Shown here piece after piece: positions 51,130-64,000 of a stretch of 64,000 bases of DNA. Position 1 is the stretch's first letter. Every line of letters begins with the position of its first letter. The position numbers were made by a program, and so were the translations under genes. The notes below the pieces were generated by a model that did no database searches, was not told where the DNA came from, and saw only the letters and a list, made by a program, of their open reading frames with translations. This DNA is from Callorhinchus milii (taxonomy: Eukaryota): NCBI RefSeq assembly GCF_018977255.1, contig NW_024704742.1, forward strand, positions 1,118,001 through 1,182,000, given 5' to 3'.

Positions 51130-54100
51130 CTGGAAAGCACAATGCGTTACACTGCGCGGGATTGTAGTTGAAATCACACCTAAAGATGTTACATACAGTA
51201 TTGAGAAGAGGGGAGGAAACACAACTGGTCCAGTAAGCTACCGTGCAAAGTGATGCTTCCTTGGCAGCCGGTAGCCCGCTGCTTGAGTTTCTATTTGACA
51301 TTTGCCCTTGCTGGTGGCTTTGGTCGGCTCAGTCAACGGGGAAGAGAAGTGGAAGAAAACGGGGAAATGTCCTTTAATATATGGCAGAGTGAAACGTTTG
51401 GCAAGTCTCCTTACTCCACGCGCCACTGTTTACCTGGCGGTAAGCAGGAACCCGGGGGTCAGTCGATTGACGGACGCTTTTCCAGGGGTAATAATCTCGT
51501 GTAAAAAAAAATACTAATGCGGTCACTCAATCCACAGCTGTTTGTGGGACGCTGCTGTGCGCAATTGGCTGCCGCATTTCGCTCACACAATGCACAGTCA
51601 TTTCAGTTTACAGTATATTCTGTGGAGCCCTTTGAGATGTCTCAAAGACGTGATAGGGCGCTATATCAAGTGCAAGGATTATTAATAGTATTTTTTTGTG
51701 GGGAGAGGGTGGGCCGGGTGTCTGATATATGCGTAAACCCATCACCATGCTTAAGAAGATAAGACAGTTGACCAACAAAGTGGGAGAAATAAAAGCAAAA
51801 AAAGCAAACAATATAAATAGATGAAATTAACTGCTTATCTAGTGCGACCACCTTGCTCGCTCTCGCCTGAGTCAGAAGATTGTGGGTTCCGAGTTGGGAC
51901 AGTAAGAGGGAAAATTCACTAAACATTTGCTCTAGGATTTTGTAATGGAATTATCTTTTTATGCCTTAATCTTCCAATAATAATAATAATCCTCGCATTT
52001 GATATAGTGCTTTATCACATCGTTGAGACGTCTTAACGTGCTTCCCAGAATAGGTTGCGAAGTGGATTGACTGTATTTTGTGGACGAAACGCAGCAACTA
52101 ATTGTGCACAGCAGTGTCCCACAAACAGTCGTGGATTGAGTGACAATTTTTTTGGGATGGGTTATTACCCTTGAAAAGCAACCTGCCAATTGACTGACAA
52201 CTGGGATCCTACTTACTGCTTGGTAAACAGAGGGGTGTAGTAAGGAAACTTTAATAATAATAATAATCCTTGCATTTGTTATAGCACTTTTCAAGTCTTC
52301 GAGCCGTCTCAAAGCGCTTCACAGAATATGCTGTAAAGTGAATTGACTGTCTATTTGTTAGTGAAACACAGCAGCCAATTGCGCACAGCAGTGTCCCACA
52401 AACAGTCACAGATTGAAGCGACCAATTTCTTATGTTTTTTATTCTTGAGATATAATTATCAGACGTGTGGAGTAAGGAAACTTGCCCAAGGTTTTGCTTC
52501 ACCGGGGAATCGAACCCAGGTCTTCTCGCTTGCGAGACAAGACTGCTAACCACTGAGCTATGGGACTCCACAAATAATTCTGGACTAGTGAAATACTTAC
52601 GGAGAAATAATTTCTTTTCCTCCAAAGGCAGCTTGTGGAACACCTCCCAGAACATTTCAATGGTTGGGTGTGATCTGTTGTAGATACCTTTATACGTTGT
52701 GACCTATTGCATAAAATGCAAATTCGCTTATTATAAAGACACAGAATAGAGTCAAAGAGGAAGTTATCAGAGATGGGCTTACATTTAAAACAATTGTGCA
52801 AATTATTTTTATACCTGCGCCAACTCTAATAAAATCATCTCTCGCTTTTTGAATTTGATTTTTTATTACCAATATTTATCCTTGTGTTCTCACCGAAGAG
52901 CAACCGAGGAATGTCTATACAGAGGAAATCCCAATGATAACTCTAGATCAGGTGAAAAGCCACATTGAAAGACTATGTGACAAGGTAACATGATTGACCG
53001 CTGATAAAATAAAATCGAATTTTTGACCCCTTTCTGCAGCTGCAGAGAGCCACAAAGAATACCTGGTAAACAAATATTGAAACCACACCAACTAGAATCA
53101 TGACAAAACACTAGTTATCGTACATTTTCCAGGGTTTTCCAGTCGTAGTCATCAGTCCCAATCAGCAAATCCATCAACTCCTGGGGCTGGAAGAAGCGTA
53201 CTATCTCCTCGGCACAAACCTTGTAGAACCCTCTTTTGAAGTTACCAAAGGGGCCTTCCACTGATTTCTTGAATATGTAATCCACGTAGGCTGCAACAAA
53301 TCTCTCCCTGAGATACAATAAAACTCGCATCAAAACATTTAACATGACTTACGCAAAGTCCGAGTCGCAGGCAAACTTGTATGAATTGTAAAGAAAAACA
53401 AAAAAATCTGATGTAATCACTAATCTACAATTTAGCTGGGGGTCTGTTGGCCAGAACACCGGAAAAAACACATCTATTCGGACACAAGCAGGTAAGTCAA
53501 TGTTGACCTGCTTGCTCATCAGAAGATGCAGCATATAGCATAACAATAAAAATAATAATCCTTGTGTTTGATATAACACCGTATCACATCATGAACATGT
53601 CTCAAAGCACTCCACAGAATATACTACAAAGCGTATCGACTGTGTATTTTGTGGGCGAAACACAGCAGCCAGTTTGCCCACAGCAATGTCCCACAAACAG
53701 CCATGGAGTGAGTGAACAATTCACCCGTACTTTCAGGCTCGAGGTTGCAGATAACTGAGGGGGGCAGTGGGAGAAGAAGGAAGCTGTGAATAGCAACTTT
53801 TTAAACTCCTCTTGTACATTAGAAACCTCACCTGTTTCCAACATTCACACGGGTTTCTTTACCATTTGGAATCAGTTCCACTTGCTGGTTGTCCCAATGA
53901 ATCTGCATTGAAGGCAGTCGGTTACTGAATCAGATGTATACAGGATATACACCACATTGTATAAATCCAACATTGTACGAACAAATCATATTTAAAAGAC
54001 CTGCATAAAACCTTATGCAAAGGGTTAAGTTTAGTTAAGGTTTGTACGGAAGATGGCTTGGGGATCACCAGTAATTCTTTAATTAGTTGGCTTGTTGAAC

Positions 54101-57100
54101 TTGAGGCCTGCGATTGAAGGGGGGCAATCCCAAAATGTGGGTCCCCTATAATGTTTTTGTTGAAGATCTGCCTCAATAATGGTGGATCAGTGGGAGCTGT
54201 GAGAGTGAGTGCTCATAATGACAGCTCAGTGAAAGCAGAAGCTCAGAGGGAAAAAAAAACAGGGGCGAAGCTTGTTTCTGAGGCTTTAAAGACCTCGATA
54301 CCCCTGCCCTCAGGTCATATAGCTTTCTGAAACAAAACCTGTATCATGTCGTTCAGACGTCCCAAAGCGCTTCACGGATTATATTGTGAAGTGGATTAAC
54401 TGTATTTTGTGGCAAAATGCAGCAGTCAATTGAGCGACCAAATTATTTTTTGAGCCCCGGAAAGCGATCCGCCAATCGATTAGCATCCCGGTTGCTACTT
54501 ACTGCTAAGGTAAATAGAGGCGTGTGGAGTAAACAAACTTGACTAAACTTTCACCCTGACCATTTGCCCACTGCACCTGTGTGGTTCTTTGAAAGAGCCA
54601 TCCATTTGATCCCATTCTCGTGCCTTTACCACAGACCTTTTTATAGTTTGCACAGAATGTAGTTAAAATTAAAATGAATCTTTGGGATTAATTATTATAT
54701 TGTACCCTTTACTCAGCAAAGTTTGCCCTAAAAGAAATTAAGTTGTACTTACAGAAAAATCAAGAAGAAGATTTTCCTCCAGGTTATATTTGTAGTCCAA
54801 AATGTATTGCAGAGACCTAGTAGCAAACGATAATGCAAATAAGATCTTGCGATGCATAATTCAGCAAAATAGGAGTGGGAAGAAGGAGGAAAGGTGAGGA
54901 GAAGAGGAAAGACGGGTTGGGAGGTGGATTTGATCATTTTTGAATGTACGCTAAACTTGCTGATGGTTAAATACAACCAACAGGTTGACTTGTGGATAAG
55001 CACACTGTATTTCCTGCTTTCCACTGACACACAGGACCTCTGCTGAACGAGCAGTGATAACCGCAACACAGAGCAAGGGAGAACCGCGATTATGAAACTT
55101 CGGAGATACCAGTGCGTCGCGGCCGATAGATTTCGGGTACGAAAATTTGAAGGACATGTTTAGTTTTCTTGTGCTTCGTTTGCCCGATTGGGTGCTAAAT
55201 TTCAATAGAAATCATTGTGACTGTTATAGGAAAAGGCTCATCGCAACTGTACCAGTTCATCCGGTAATTGCTATCTGTTCAGTCTCATTTTCTTGCCTTT
55301 TCCCCCCGCGCTCGCTTTTCAAAAGTGACTGCGGATTCTGGTTCAACATTGTTTTTTTTAGTAGAGCTCCATATCCTAATAATCCTTGTACAAAACAAAT
55401 TATCCACATCTCTTCCTTTGTTTCTTTGGGAATCTTAAATGTGTGTCCTCTGGTTACCGACTCACTGAACAGTGGAAAATGTCTCCCTATTCGTTTCGTC
55501 AAAAATGTTCAAAATTTGGATTAAGTCTAAATCGGGTCTCCTGTCAACCTTCTCCGATCACGTGAAAATACCTATACCCTCTGTATGACATTGGTGTCCT
55601 TCCTAAAGTAGTGAGCTCAGGACTGGAAAGTATAGGCATACCGTGGCCTAACCCGTGATTTACGCAGCTTTAGCATTATTTCTTTGCTTTGGTATTTTAG
55701 CCCCTATATATAAAACCTAGGACCCTATTAGCTTTACTTACAGCTTTGTGGCCTTGTCCTCTGCCTTTGATAAATCTCCATATATATCTAGTGCTGGGTT
55801 TCAAGTGGCTATGATCCAATGATTACCTATTGGCGTACGGTCCCTTTCATCCAACCAGGGACATGAGCTGATGGTTCGGCCCAGAATCAACCTGTCACAT
55901 AAACTTACTTGTGCAAGACACGATCCACCTCAAGCAGATCCTCCAAAATGGGCTTCACGTTCAGCAACTTCTTGAACAATGCAAGTGGGAACGGGATGTA
56001 GACCACACCGAAATTATACAAAACAAGGCCGCAGACTACTCCCAGCAGGAAGTAGTTCTCCATGGGCCCTGTCACCTGCAGATGGGTAGAAATTAACAGT
56101 GAAATGGGTCACCAATTTGCAAAAGTGAGCTACAGAAACAACTTGCATTTATATAGGGCTCTTCACGTGAGTAGCGTCTCAGAGCACTTAACAGCGGTGT
56201 GGTTTGACGCTGAGCTGAAAAGGGAGGGGAGGTGACTGAAGGCATGGATTGAAGACGAAAGTCTTCAGGTGTAATTCGAAGATGGGCAAAGAGGGGCAAG
56301 ATGAAGGGAGTGAGGCAAGGAATTCAAATTACTCAGTACCACACAACTGTAATCACAACTGTGAATGGTGAGCAATAACTAGTCAAGTTGTGTTACAACA
56401 ATAACAACAAATTACATGTGTGTAGCGCCTTTAATTGGAAGCACAACCCAAGACACTGGACAATCAGTGTTTCGGACCCGAGCTCGGGGTCGGGGAGGGT
56501 GGAGGGCAATGGGGGAAGGAGGGTGACCGAAGGCACAGTCGAAGAGGAGGGTCTTGAGACGGGTCCTGAAGGAGGCCAGGGAGGGGACGAGGCAGAGGGA
56601 CTGTGGGATGGAGTTCCAGAGAGGCAGAAGGCCCGCTCGCCAATGGTGGGGGACATTAAGCAGGCTGGAGCCCGCTGAGTGGAGGGAACGATCAGGATGA
56701 TAGGGGGTTAGGAGGTCGCAGAGGTAGGGGGGAGCAAGGCCATGGAGGGCTTTGAAGGTGAGGACCAGGATCTTGAACTGTATCCTCTGCGTGATGGGAA
56801 GCCGGTGGAGTCGGGCGAGGATGGGGGTGATAGGGTTGTGGAGCCTGGCGCGGGAGAGGACACGGGCTGCAGAGTTCTGGATGATCTGCAGCCTATGGAA
56901 GGAGGAGTTGCAACAACAATGCAGTGTGGTGAATGGCTTTATACAGCAAACAGTGAAGCTGATAACATTTTCATGACCATTAAAAATCTCTCACCTGTGA
57001 AGGAAACCAGATTCCGGTAGACTGTTCGGTAGAAATAAACATTCCTGAATCTGGATGAATCAACTCTTCAAAAAGTAGAAGGAAGAATTCCCTGCTTATA

Positions 57101-60100
57101 GCTCCATAATCCACACCTGCTTCTCCTTTAAATTCCACCTAAGTAATTTTTTAAAAAATGTAAAAGATATGTCTGGAAAATCACTTACGCAAACGGGGGG
57201 ATCAAAATACCGGTACCTTGGCACTATTGGCGCTTCCGAGGAATATTTCTGGTCAAATTCCATGAGTGTTCAGTTTCTGTGGAAATGTCTGTTTGGAGAG
57301 GCGAATAAGGGAAACCAACCAAACACTGCATTTACCAAATTCCAAGGTTACAGTTGGTTTCCAAGAGCCACAACCTGTTTGTGCCGAGCAATGGGCAAAC
57401 TGTAAGTGGCTCCAAGTGGTGAACAGTTGTGAAAATGTGCAATAATGAAGCTATGCCCTATAGCTGAGGGAGAGCGTAGATGTATTAGTTCAGGAAGCAA
57501 TACAAGATATGTAAATTTGTTTACACCAAACCCATGCAGTATTTATTTAGCTCCGCTACAACTCTCACAATGATGTCCCTCACTTCACGTTACTTGTCAG
57601 TGAAGTAGAAAATTTGGACAATGACGTATGTTAGTGTAGTATAAAATCAAGACTGTGCTTGGGGTAAAATGTCTAGCAAACGTGGAACTGTATCCAGGAG
57701 AGACGAAAATGAATGATAAGTGGCCAAAGAAGTTTTTCGATATTTTCAGATCTGTTGAAAGTGTTTACTGCGATTGTTTGCGGAGCTCAATAAAGATTTG
57801 AGAAAACAATGTTGCAGCTATGTCCATTGGTAATAATTTTACGAAAGGGATTTGTTCACCATTAATTTCTTCCGGAGGTCACGGTCATCCACATTTTTCA
57901 ACCATTGAAATGTGTCAGCAACCAGGGTTTTGCGATCAACCTTCAGCTTCAATTCGTGGGATGTGGGTAATGTGGGAAACGAAGGATTGCCCTCTGAAAA
58001 GACAGCTTGAAAATGTGCCTCCTAAACAAAAGACATTAAAATATTAGATTACAGCAAGACATTTAATACATCAGGGTCAAAGATGCAACGTGATTAACAC
58101 GGCTATCACCGTCAACAATTGCCATTTTACCAAAATGTGTGACCTTTAACTGTCGACATGTTTAATCATCACTGATGCTAACACGGGATAAAAAAGTAAA
58201 CTTTTTAACCACGTGATATGTGAACATAGTGAAAATGTTCAAGCATTAGTTTGAGATATACCAGTGAAAGTAATTTGTGCCAGAAGAACAAATTGTCACA
58301 TTGCTAGTTCTGTTCAGGCCCTGCTCTGCTCTAAGCCAAGGGGGAGGAAGACAACGAAACAGATTCACTGCCAAGCAGTTCCATGTTAACCTGTGTTATT
58401 TTAGCAAATCAGCCAGGTGTGTGACACATGCGGAAACCCAGGACAATTCTTCAAGAGCATCCAAACCCAACTGAGAGTTTTGCAGATGTATGCCACCTAC
58501 GCATGAAAGTTCCCTGTGTCTGAAACGGAAACCACATACTCTCCCTGGAGGGATGGTCTCCGCTTACCTAAGCATCGGGTAACCATCTACCAAAGCAGTA
58601 CGTTATCCTCCTTGGCAGAGGAGGTAAGCAGTGTCTCCTTGGGCTGAACCAACTCAAAGGTGACATGTTTGGCAACAGAATGCCAGAATCCACCCAGCCC
58701 TCCATGCGATATCAATAGTTCAGTTCTTTAGCCACGCAGGTCCGCAGTATTCCGGGGCATTGCTGATGACAGCACAGCCCAGCCTGGCCGATCGGCAGGA
58801 CTTGGAAGGGCAGACCAGTCAATTGGGGTCCGAGAATCACCACACTCATGCTCGGGTTCACTGGGCAAGCCAAAGCCCTAACAGGTAGGGTGGTTCTAGC
58901 TGGACATGCAGTGGGAAGGCTTGCCAGACAGTGATATCAATGGCAAGCCTCGGCTTGGCTCGTTGGATTCCAGCAGCTACCCAGGAGTATTGGGATTATC
59001 TGACATCGTGTAATTCTCATTTAGTGGCGTTCCCTCAGAGAGGGAACTTGCACGACACAGAGAAGGATCTACACAGAAGCCACTTAGTACACCGTGCGCT
59101 TTGTCATAACCCGGGTATACATTTAGGGGTGAGGAGCGTTGCAATATCAACAATATATCTCTGGAATTTCCATGTGTAGTTGGGATGCATGGAATTCTCA
59201 GCGTGGCTTGGATAATCTTATAATAATAATAATCCTTGCATTTGATATAGCGCTTTTCACATCTTCTCGACGTCTCAAAGCGCTTCACAGATTAGACTGC
59301 AAAGTGAATTGACCGTATATTTGTGAGCGAAACGCGGCAGCCAATTGCGCACAGCAATGTCCCACAAACAGTCGTGGATTAAAAATGACCAATTTATTAT
59401 TGTTTTGTGTTTTTTCGAGGGATTATTATTAGGCTCTGTGTGGAGTAAGGAAACTTGCCCAAGGTTTCGCCCGTGGAACTGCCTGGAATTGAACTCGGCG
59501 GAGGGATCGAGGGACAGAGTTCCAGAGTTTCGGAGAGTAATGGCTGAAGGCACGGCCACCGATGGTAGAGCGGACAGGTTGAGGGACGAACGGGGCCGGA
59601 GCCAACCGAGCGGAGGCAGCGGGTTGGGGAGTGGGGTTGGGGGGGGTAAGCAAATCGGATATGTAGGGAGGTGCGAGAACATGAAGGGATTTGAAAACGA
59701 ATGAGGGGATCTTGAAATCGATCCATTCGGGAATCGGGCGCCTGGAAAGGACCGGTCGGATGGGGTTACGGAGTTTTGTGCGGGTGAGCTGAAATCACGT
59801 TGAAATATCTCAAAGCGCTTCACAACAATTACTGGTGAGTGTAGTGACTGTCTTTTTTTTTGAAGGCCTATCTTCATCCCTCCCTTTCTTGCGATGTTAT
59901 GAAATGACAGGTTTTACGTAACACAAAGCGACCTCCTCAGGTGTTACCTTAATAACACTTTAAATTTGTCCTCTGTCCAAAGCAAAAGCATTACCTGTTG
60001 ATTCAAAGCTGCAAAGGTGTGAAGTGCTTGAATCTTGGCTGACAAATTCAGAATAAATGGATAGTGGCAAAAGATAACCAGAAATTCCTCCTTGTTCACT

Positions 60101-63100
60101 TCATCGGGCTGTAATTTAAGAATACGATTGGAATCCATTTGATTTCTTCTTTGAAGAGGTTAAATCAGCTGAACTGTACAGACAAGTGTATCACGTTCCA
60201 GAAATATGTCCTATATTTCAATAGTCGTGCTTCACATTAACTCATCACAAGGCTCGAAGACACAGCCATTGGCAGAAGTTGTAAAATGCCACGTTTGTCC
60301 GCCAAACAAATAAAATCTGTTGTCGAATTTACTGACCAGTTTCCACAATATGTGTTCACATTGTGAGAAGCAGCTAATTTACCATCTGTTACAAATACAG
60401 TAGTTCTCGAATCTCACTGATTAAACTCCAGTTGAATCACTTGGTATTACAGGGGAGAAATCACACCCGGGTCTAGATTCACTCTCGTCATGTAGCATCC
60501 ACAATTGCTCAAAGCATCAGCAAATTGCTTTAACTTTGAAGTGGTGTTTTTTCTGTAGTTCTTAAAGGAAACTTATAAAAACCCAACTTCAAAATGATGG
60601 CTGTATTTAAGGCTTTGCCATGTCTGGATGATCCAAATTGCAGTATAAGGAATGTACAACAACTGGACTGTAAAGGTTTTTCAGCATCAGAAAGTTTGCC
60701 AGGAATCTTACCGAGCGATTGCAGAATTTCATATTTAAAACATCCTGATGCAGGTTGACCCAACAACACAGGTTATCGATGTAGAACTTGTTCAGCGGAA
60801 TAGTCTCCTGGGCCTTGACATTTGCCTAAAATGAATTTTACCATCATATACAAAAAACATATGATACATTCCAGAATTTCATAGAAAACGTGTACAAATG
60901 ACATAATTATACTTAGCTCCTCTGATATTTACCTTGTATAATAGTTTCAGAACGTTCAGGACATTTTGTAAATCCTGCTGGGACTCCTTAAACTGGGCAT
61001 AGTAATATAATACAAACACCACCATGCCCTTAAACTTCTGGACCAGATTGTTCAAGAATGATGCTTTCAATAAGGACCACCACTTTCCTATTAAGCAAAG
61101 AAAAATCCTTGTTACTTGCTCCGGTATACATGGGCAGCTGTGGTTTGCTCAGGGTAATGTCAATAAGGGAATCTCTCCCGGTGTCCTGGCCACATATCCT
61201 CCGATTAAATTGGTCATTCCCCACTTGGCTGTTTGTTGGAACTTGTTGTGTGCAATTGGCAGCTGCGTTCACCCACGACATACACAGTCACTATATTTTA
61301 CAGAAAAATCCGTGAAGTGCTTTGAGACGCTTAGACTTGAGAGTTTCAAATGCAAGATTGGTTTATTGTTAACATGAACAGTTACATGCTATGTTTGTAT
61401 TCATGATCAGCAAGGAAAATGTTTTCGCATCGAAAGCAAACCTGCTTGTGGGGACGCTGCAGTGCGCTGCTGTGCTGCCGCATTTCACCCACAAAAATCG
61501 AAGATGTGATATGGCGCTATATCAAATGCGAGGATTGCTATCATTATAACATTTGTCCTGAGTTTCCATCCCTACATCGGCCGCAATTATTGCTGCTCTT
61601 ACCCAGAATTGTGGATGAAGACTGATTCAGTTTTGTTATAGCCGCTGCAAAAGGTAGAACCAGATTCCGCACGTTTCTCTCTCGCCACATTACTGGGCAC
61701 TCTGACAGAATCAGGTAGACCAGCAATACTTCTTTGTTGGTACTAAGCGTCTTGAGGCTTGGAATCAGCTTTGATTGTAAGCTCAACGTTATCTGAAAAA
61801 GAGAAAAAAATAAATGAATGAGGCTGATAAGATACTCGCGACTGTAAAGGACTGCACCAAATATACTCTCTCTATCCCACGAAGCACCTTATATACACCT
61901 CAACAAGACCCTTCGAAAGGATCTCCTTAATAAGGCTGAAGGACCCTAGTTTGACGAAGGTATTCACTTTACACACTGTGATAGGTGTTCAAGCTAAACG
62001 CAGTAATCGGATGTTTTGTCAAGGATGTTTTGGCCACTCAACAGATAACTGACTGTGAATATTTACCCTTTCGGAAATCCAGGTCTTTGTGGTAAGTTTC
62101 TCAAATACGTTCCTGGCTGTTTCAACATCAACACTCAGACAGTCACTTCCAATTCTGCTATGATCGCCATTACTAAAAAGTAACAAAGGAACACATCAAT
62201 ATTTTCGAATTCAGCGTTAACAGAGGACAATGCGATTCCAGAAAAAAAATCACCCGCTCAATGACCTCATCCCCTTCATTTCAGTGCCCATCACATTCAT
62301 CGCTGACCTGTGTTTTCTCAAACAATTCAATAATAGGGAACCTCTCATTTCCCACATCTCCAAAAATTATGATATTTGCAATGAGCTGCATTTTTCGGTA
62401 ATATTATCCGGCTAAAGTGATGGCTTCCAAACCGCATTGATACAAACCTAATAGCTGCTTCCCCGATGACACGGGGTGGTGGGGGTGGGGGGGGTGGGGG
62501 GGAAGGGTGTGAAAGCACCACTTGACGTGGTATGTTTTGGGTTAGGTCACTTGGTCTGTGACGAGTTACACAGAGAAAAATGTGTCATTCGGGATTTGGG
62601 GATGGGAGAAGAAAGGAAGTAAATGATCCAAGGTTCCTGTTCCCGACCAATGTTCAGCAGTGTGCTTTGTCTTCCGCAATCGATTGCCTTCCAGCACTGA
62701 CTTCCCGGGCTCACAAATGCACAAGGGTTATTTGGGTCAGAGAACTGCCAGAGCCGACGGAACTGTACCACAGCGTACGTCACTTGCTTCACGAGGGGGA
62801 GGAAATGAGACAGCAAAACGTTTACAGTGAATCAGCTTAGTATGACCGACATGCTAATCTATCAACTGATCTTTAAAGCAGGGCTCCTGGTCTTTACTGC
62901 TGGCAGAAGAGAGACAACGATGGGAAACCATTGCCGCTGGCTCGAAAATGCGGCTTCCAAACAGGTAGGGACCTGGGAAAACTCTCGGCCTGGATTGAAG
63001 TTTACGGGTTGGTTCCTGAAGCTGTTCTGGGAAGAGCAGGGGACACCCACAGTCAGTGACATTGCTGGAGCAGCCTTTAGCAGGCAGGCGGGGCGGGCGG

Positions 63101-63488
63101 GAGCCTTCTGTCGAAAAAATCACTTCCTTTTATTGAAAAATACACAGTATTTTCCCATGGCTGCCTTGTCTGAAATCTGCTTAACAGCCTCCTTTAATCC
63201 GCAACGAGCAGCTTCCAGGAAACTAAAGTTCAAAAACCCAAATTCTGCATGATCTCAAATTTTAAGTCGCGAGGGCCACGAGAAATTCCAGGCCCTGGTG
63301 GTTGTCTAAGCACGGGTGGAAGAGATAGCAATGCATATCGGACCAGAATATCATACGGTCTGCTGCTGTATTTTACAGTTGATTACAATTGATTTAGTAT
63401 CTCAGTTTACGGTTCCACTCACCTTTGCTTCAGAAAACTTGCAATGAGACACGAGCAGGACGAAAATATTAAATCAATCTCACTCTCG
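50918..63488 (-). CDS. Gene C: HERC5/HERC6-like E3 ligase, 3' part (5' RCC1 exons outside window)
   Basis: 14 GT-AG exons in frame. Motifs recalled from HERC5/6: [50 protein letters not shown]. Catalytic Cys in FPVANTC (51017-51019), C-terminus GFGLT*. Confidence 0.9.
51380..51685 (+). mobile_element. SINE
   Basis: Same family body and tail. Confidence 0.75.
51975..52570 (-). mobile_element. Two tandem SINE copies
   Basis: Two tails (about 51980 and 52252), tRNA head near 52510-52570. Confidence 0.8.
52601..52703 (-). CDS. Gene C exon (22)
   Basis: [31 protein letters not shown]. Confidence 0.93.
53124..53307 (-). CDS. Gene C exon (21)
   Basis: [16 protein letters not shown]...FKRGFYKVC. 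Confidence 0.93.
53832..53902 (-). CDS. Gene C exon (20)
   Basis: [23 protein letters not shown]. Confidence 0.92.
54753..54816 (-). CDS. Gene C exon (19)
   Basis: [21 protein letters not shown]. Confidence 0.9.
55400..55760 (-). mobile_element. CR1-type LINE fragment
   Basis: [16 protein letters not shown], typical CR1 ORF2 C-terminal region. Confidence 0.6.
55909..56075 (-). CDS. Gene C exon (18)
   Basis: [14 protein letters not shown]...[11 protein letters not shown]. Confidence 0.93.
56400..56900 (-). mobile_element. L2-type LINE 3' fragment
   Basis: Same family as 43525-43980. Confidence 0.85.
56995..57138 (-). CDS. Gene C exon (17)
   Basis: [19 protein letters not shown]. Confidence 0.93.
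57860..58021 (-). CDS. Gene C exon (16)
   Basis: [18 protein letters not shown]...DLRKKLM. Confidence 0.88.
58410..59220. mobile_element. Non-autonomous element with long terminal inverted repeats (MITE-like)
   Basis: Left end ...atccaaacccaactgagag... mirrored by ...ggaattctcagcgtggcttggat at the right; related pieces at about 18930-19050, 20990-21170, 21595-21700, 30620-30800, 31120-31290, 35020-35270, 45215-45890. Confidence 0.6.
59220..59500 (-). mobile_element. SINE
   Basis: Very similar to the copy at 16930-17215. Confidence 0.8.
59995..60108 (-). CDS. Gene C exon (15)
   Basis: [18 protein letters not shown]. Confidence 0.9.
60712..60825 (-). CDS. Gene C exon (14)
   Basis: [19 protein letters not shown]. 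Confidence 0.88.
60933..61087 (-). CDS. Gene C exon (13)
   Basis: [19 protein letters not shown]. Confidence 0.9.
61603..61792 (-). CDS. Gene C exon (12)
   Basis: [16 protein letters not shown]. Confidence 0.92.
62067..62172 (-). CDS. Gene C exon (11)
   Basis: [23 protein letters not shown]. Confidence 0.88.
63423..63488 (-). CDS. Gene C exon (equivalent to exon 10)
   Basis: [19 protein letters not shown]; acceptor could alternatively be at 63482. Confidence 0.85.
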
Positions 63489-63619
63489 CTGGAAAAACAA
63501 AAGAATATTAACCGTAAGTAAAAAATATTCCTCTTTTAAGAATGCGATATTCTGTGATACATTTTGACGATCAGTTATGATGAGAATTAAGACTCCAACA
63601 TACTAAGCAATGACTGAGT

Positions 63620-64000
63620 GAGTGCCACTGGCTCCCCATCACCGAATGGATTGACTTCAAGATCCTCACACTCGTGTTCAAATCCCTTCACTCCCTGGCA
63701 CCTCCCTCCCTCCCTCTCCGACCTCCTCACTCCCCAATTCACCACCCAGCACCTCCGCTCGACTGGCACCGGCTCCTCCTCATCCCTCACACCCTCCGCC
63801 CCACCATCGGAGGTCGCGCTTTCAGCCGCTACGCCTCAAAACTCTGGAACACTCTCCCTCAATCCCTTCGCCTTGCCCCATCTCTCTCCCCTCTTTCAAG
63901 TCCCGCCTGAAAACCTTCCTATTCGACCGAGCTTATGGTCACCATCCCCACCCCCACCCCCAGCTCAGAATCAGGCTCCTCCACTGTTAAGCGCTCTGAG
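63620..64000 (+). mobile_element. L2-type LINE 3' fragment
   Basis: HWLP...GGRAFSRYASKLWNTLP...[10 protein letters not shown]. Confidence 0.85.

Noticed and set aside
2600..61550. Apparent roughly 2:1 bias of SINE tails to the gene sense strand
   Set aside because: Counted by eye on a small sample and not tested.

Overview
Vertebrate genomic DNA, probably a cartilaginous fish (inferred from the repeats: tRNA-Ala-headed SINEs, Deu-domain SINEs, L2/CR1 fragments and Penelope-type hairpins). The window holds a head-to-tail tandem cluster of three small-HERC E3 ligase genes (RCC1-like domain plus HECT), all on the minus strand. Gene A: ATG at 21953, 21 exons read by hand to position 369, last two exons outside the window. 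Gene B: complete, ATG 44767 to stop 24621, 23 exons, about 997 aa (1018 aa with a candidate extra exon). Gene C: 3' portion only, 14 exons from 63488 to stop 50918, HERC5/HERC6-like. All exons have GT-AG boundaries and join in frame. A and B are divergent paralogs (possibly HERC7-type) with a patchwork of near-identical and highly diverged exons, and the few differences in the homogenised exons are mostly amino-acid changing. Both promoters carry ISRE motifs, and an NF-kB/ISRE/STAT motif cluster lies upstream of B. Together this suggests a rapidly evolving interferon-stimulated antiviral ligase cluster. Family assignments come from recalled motifs, not database searches.
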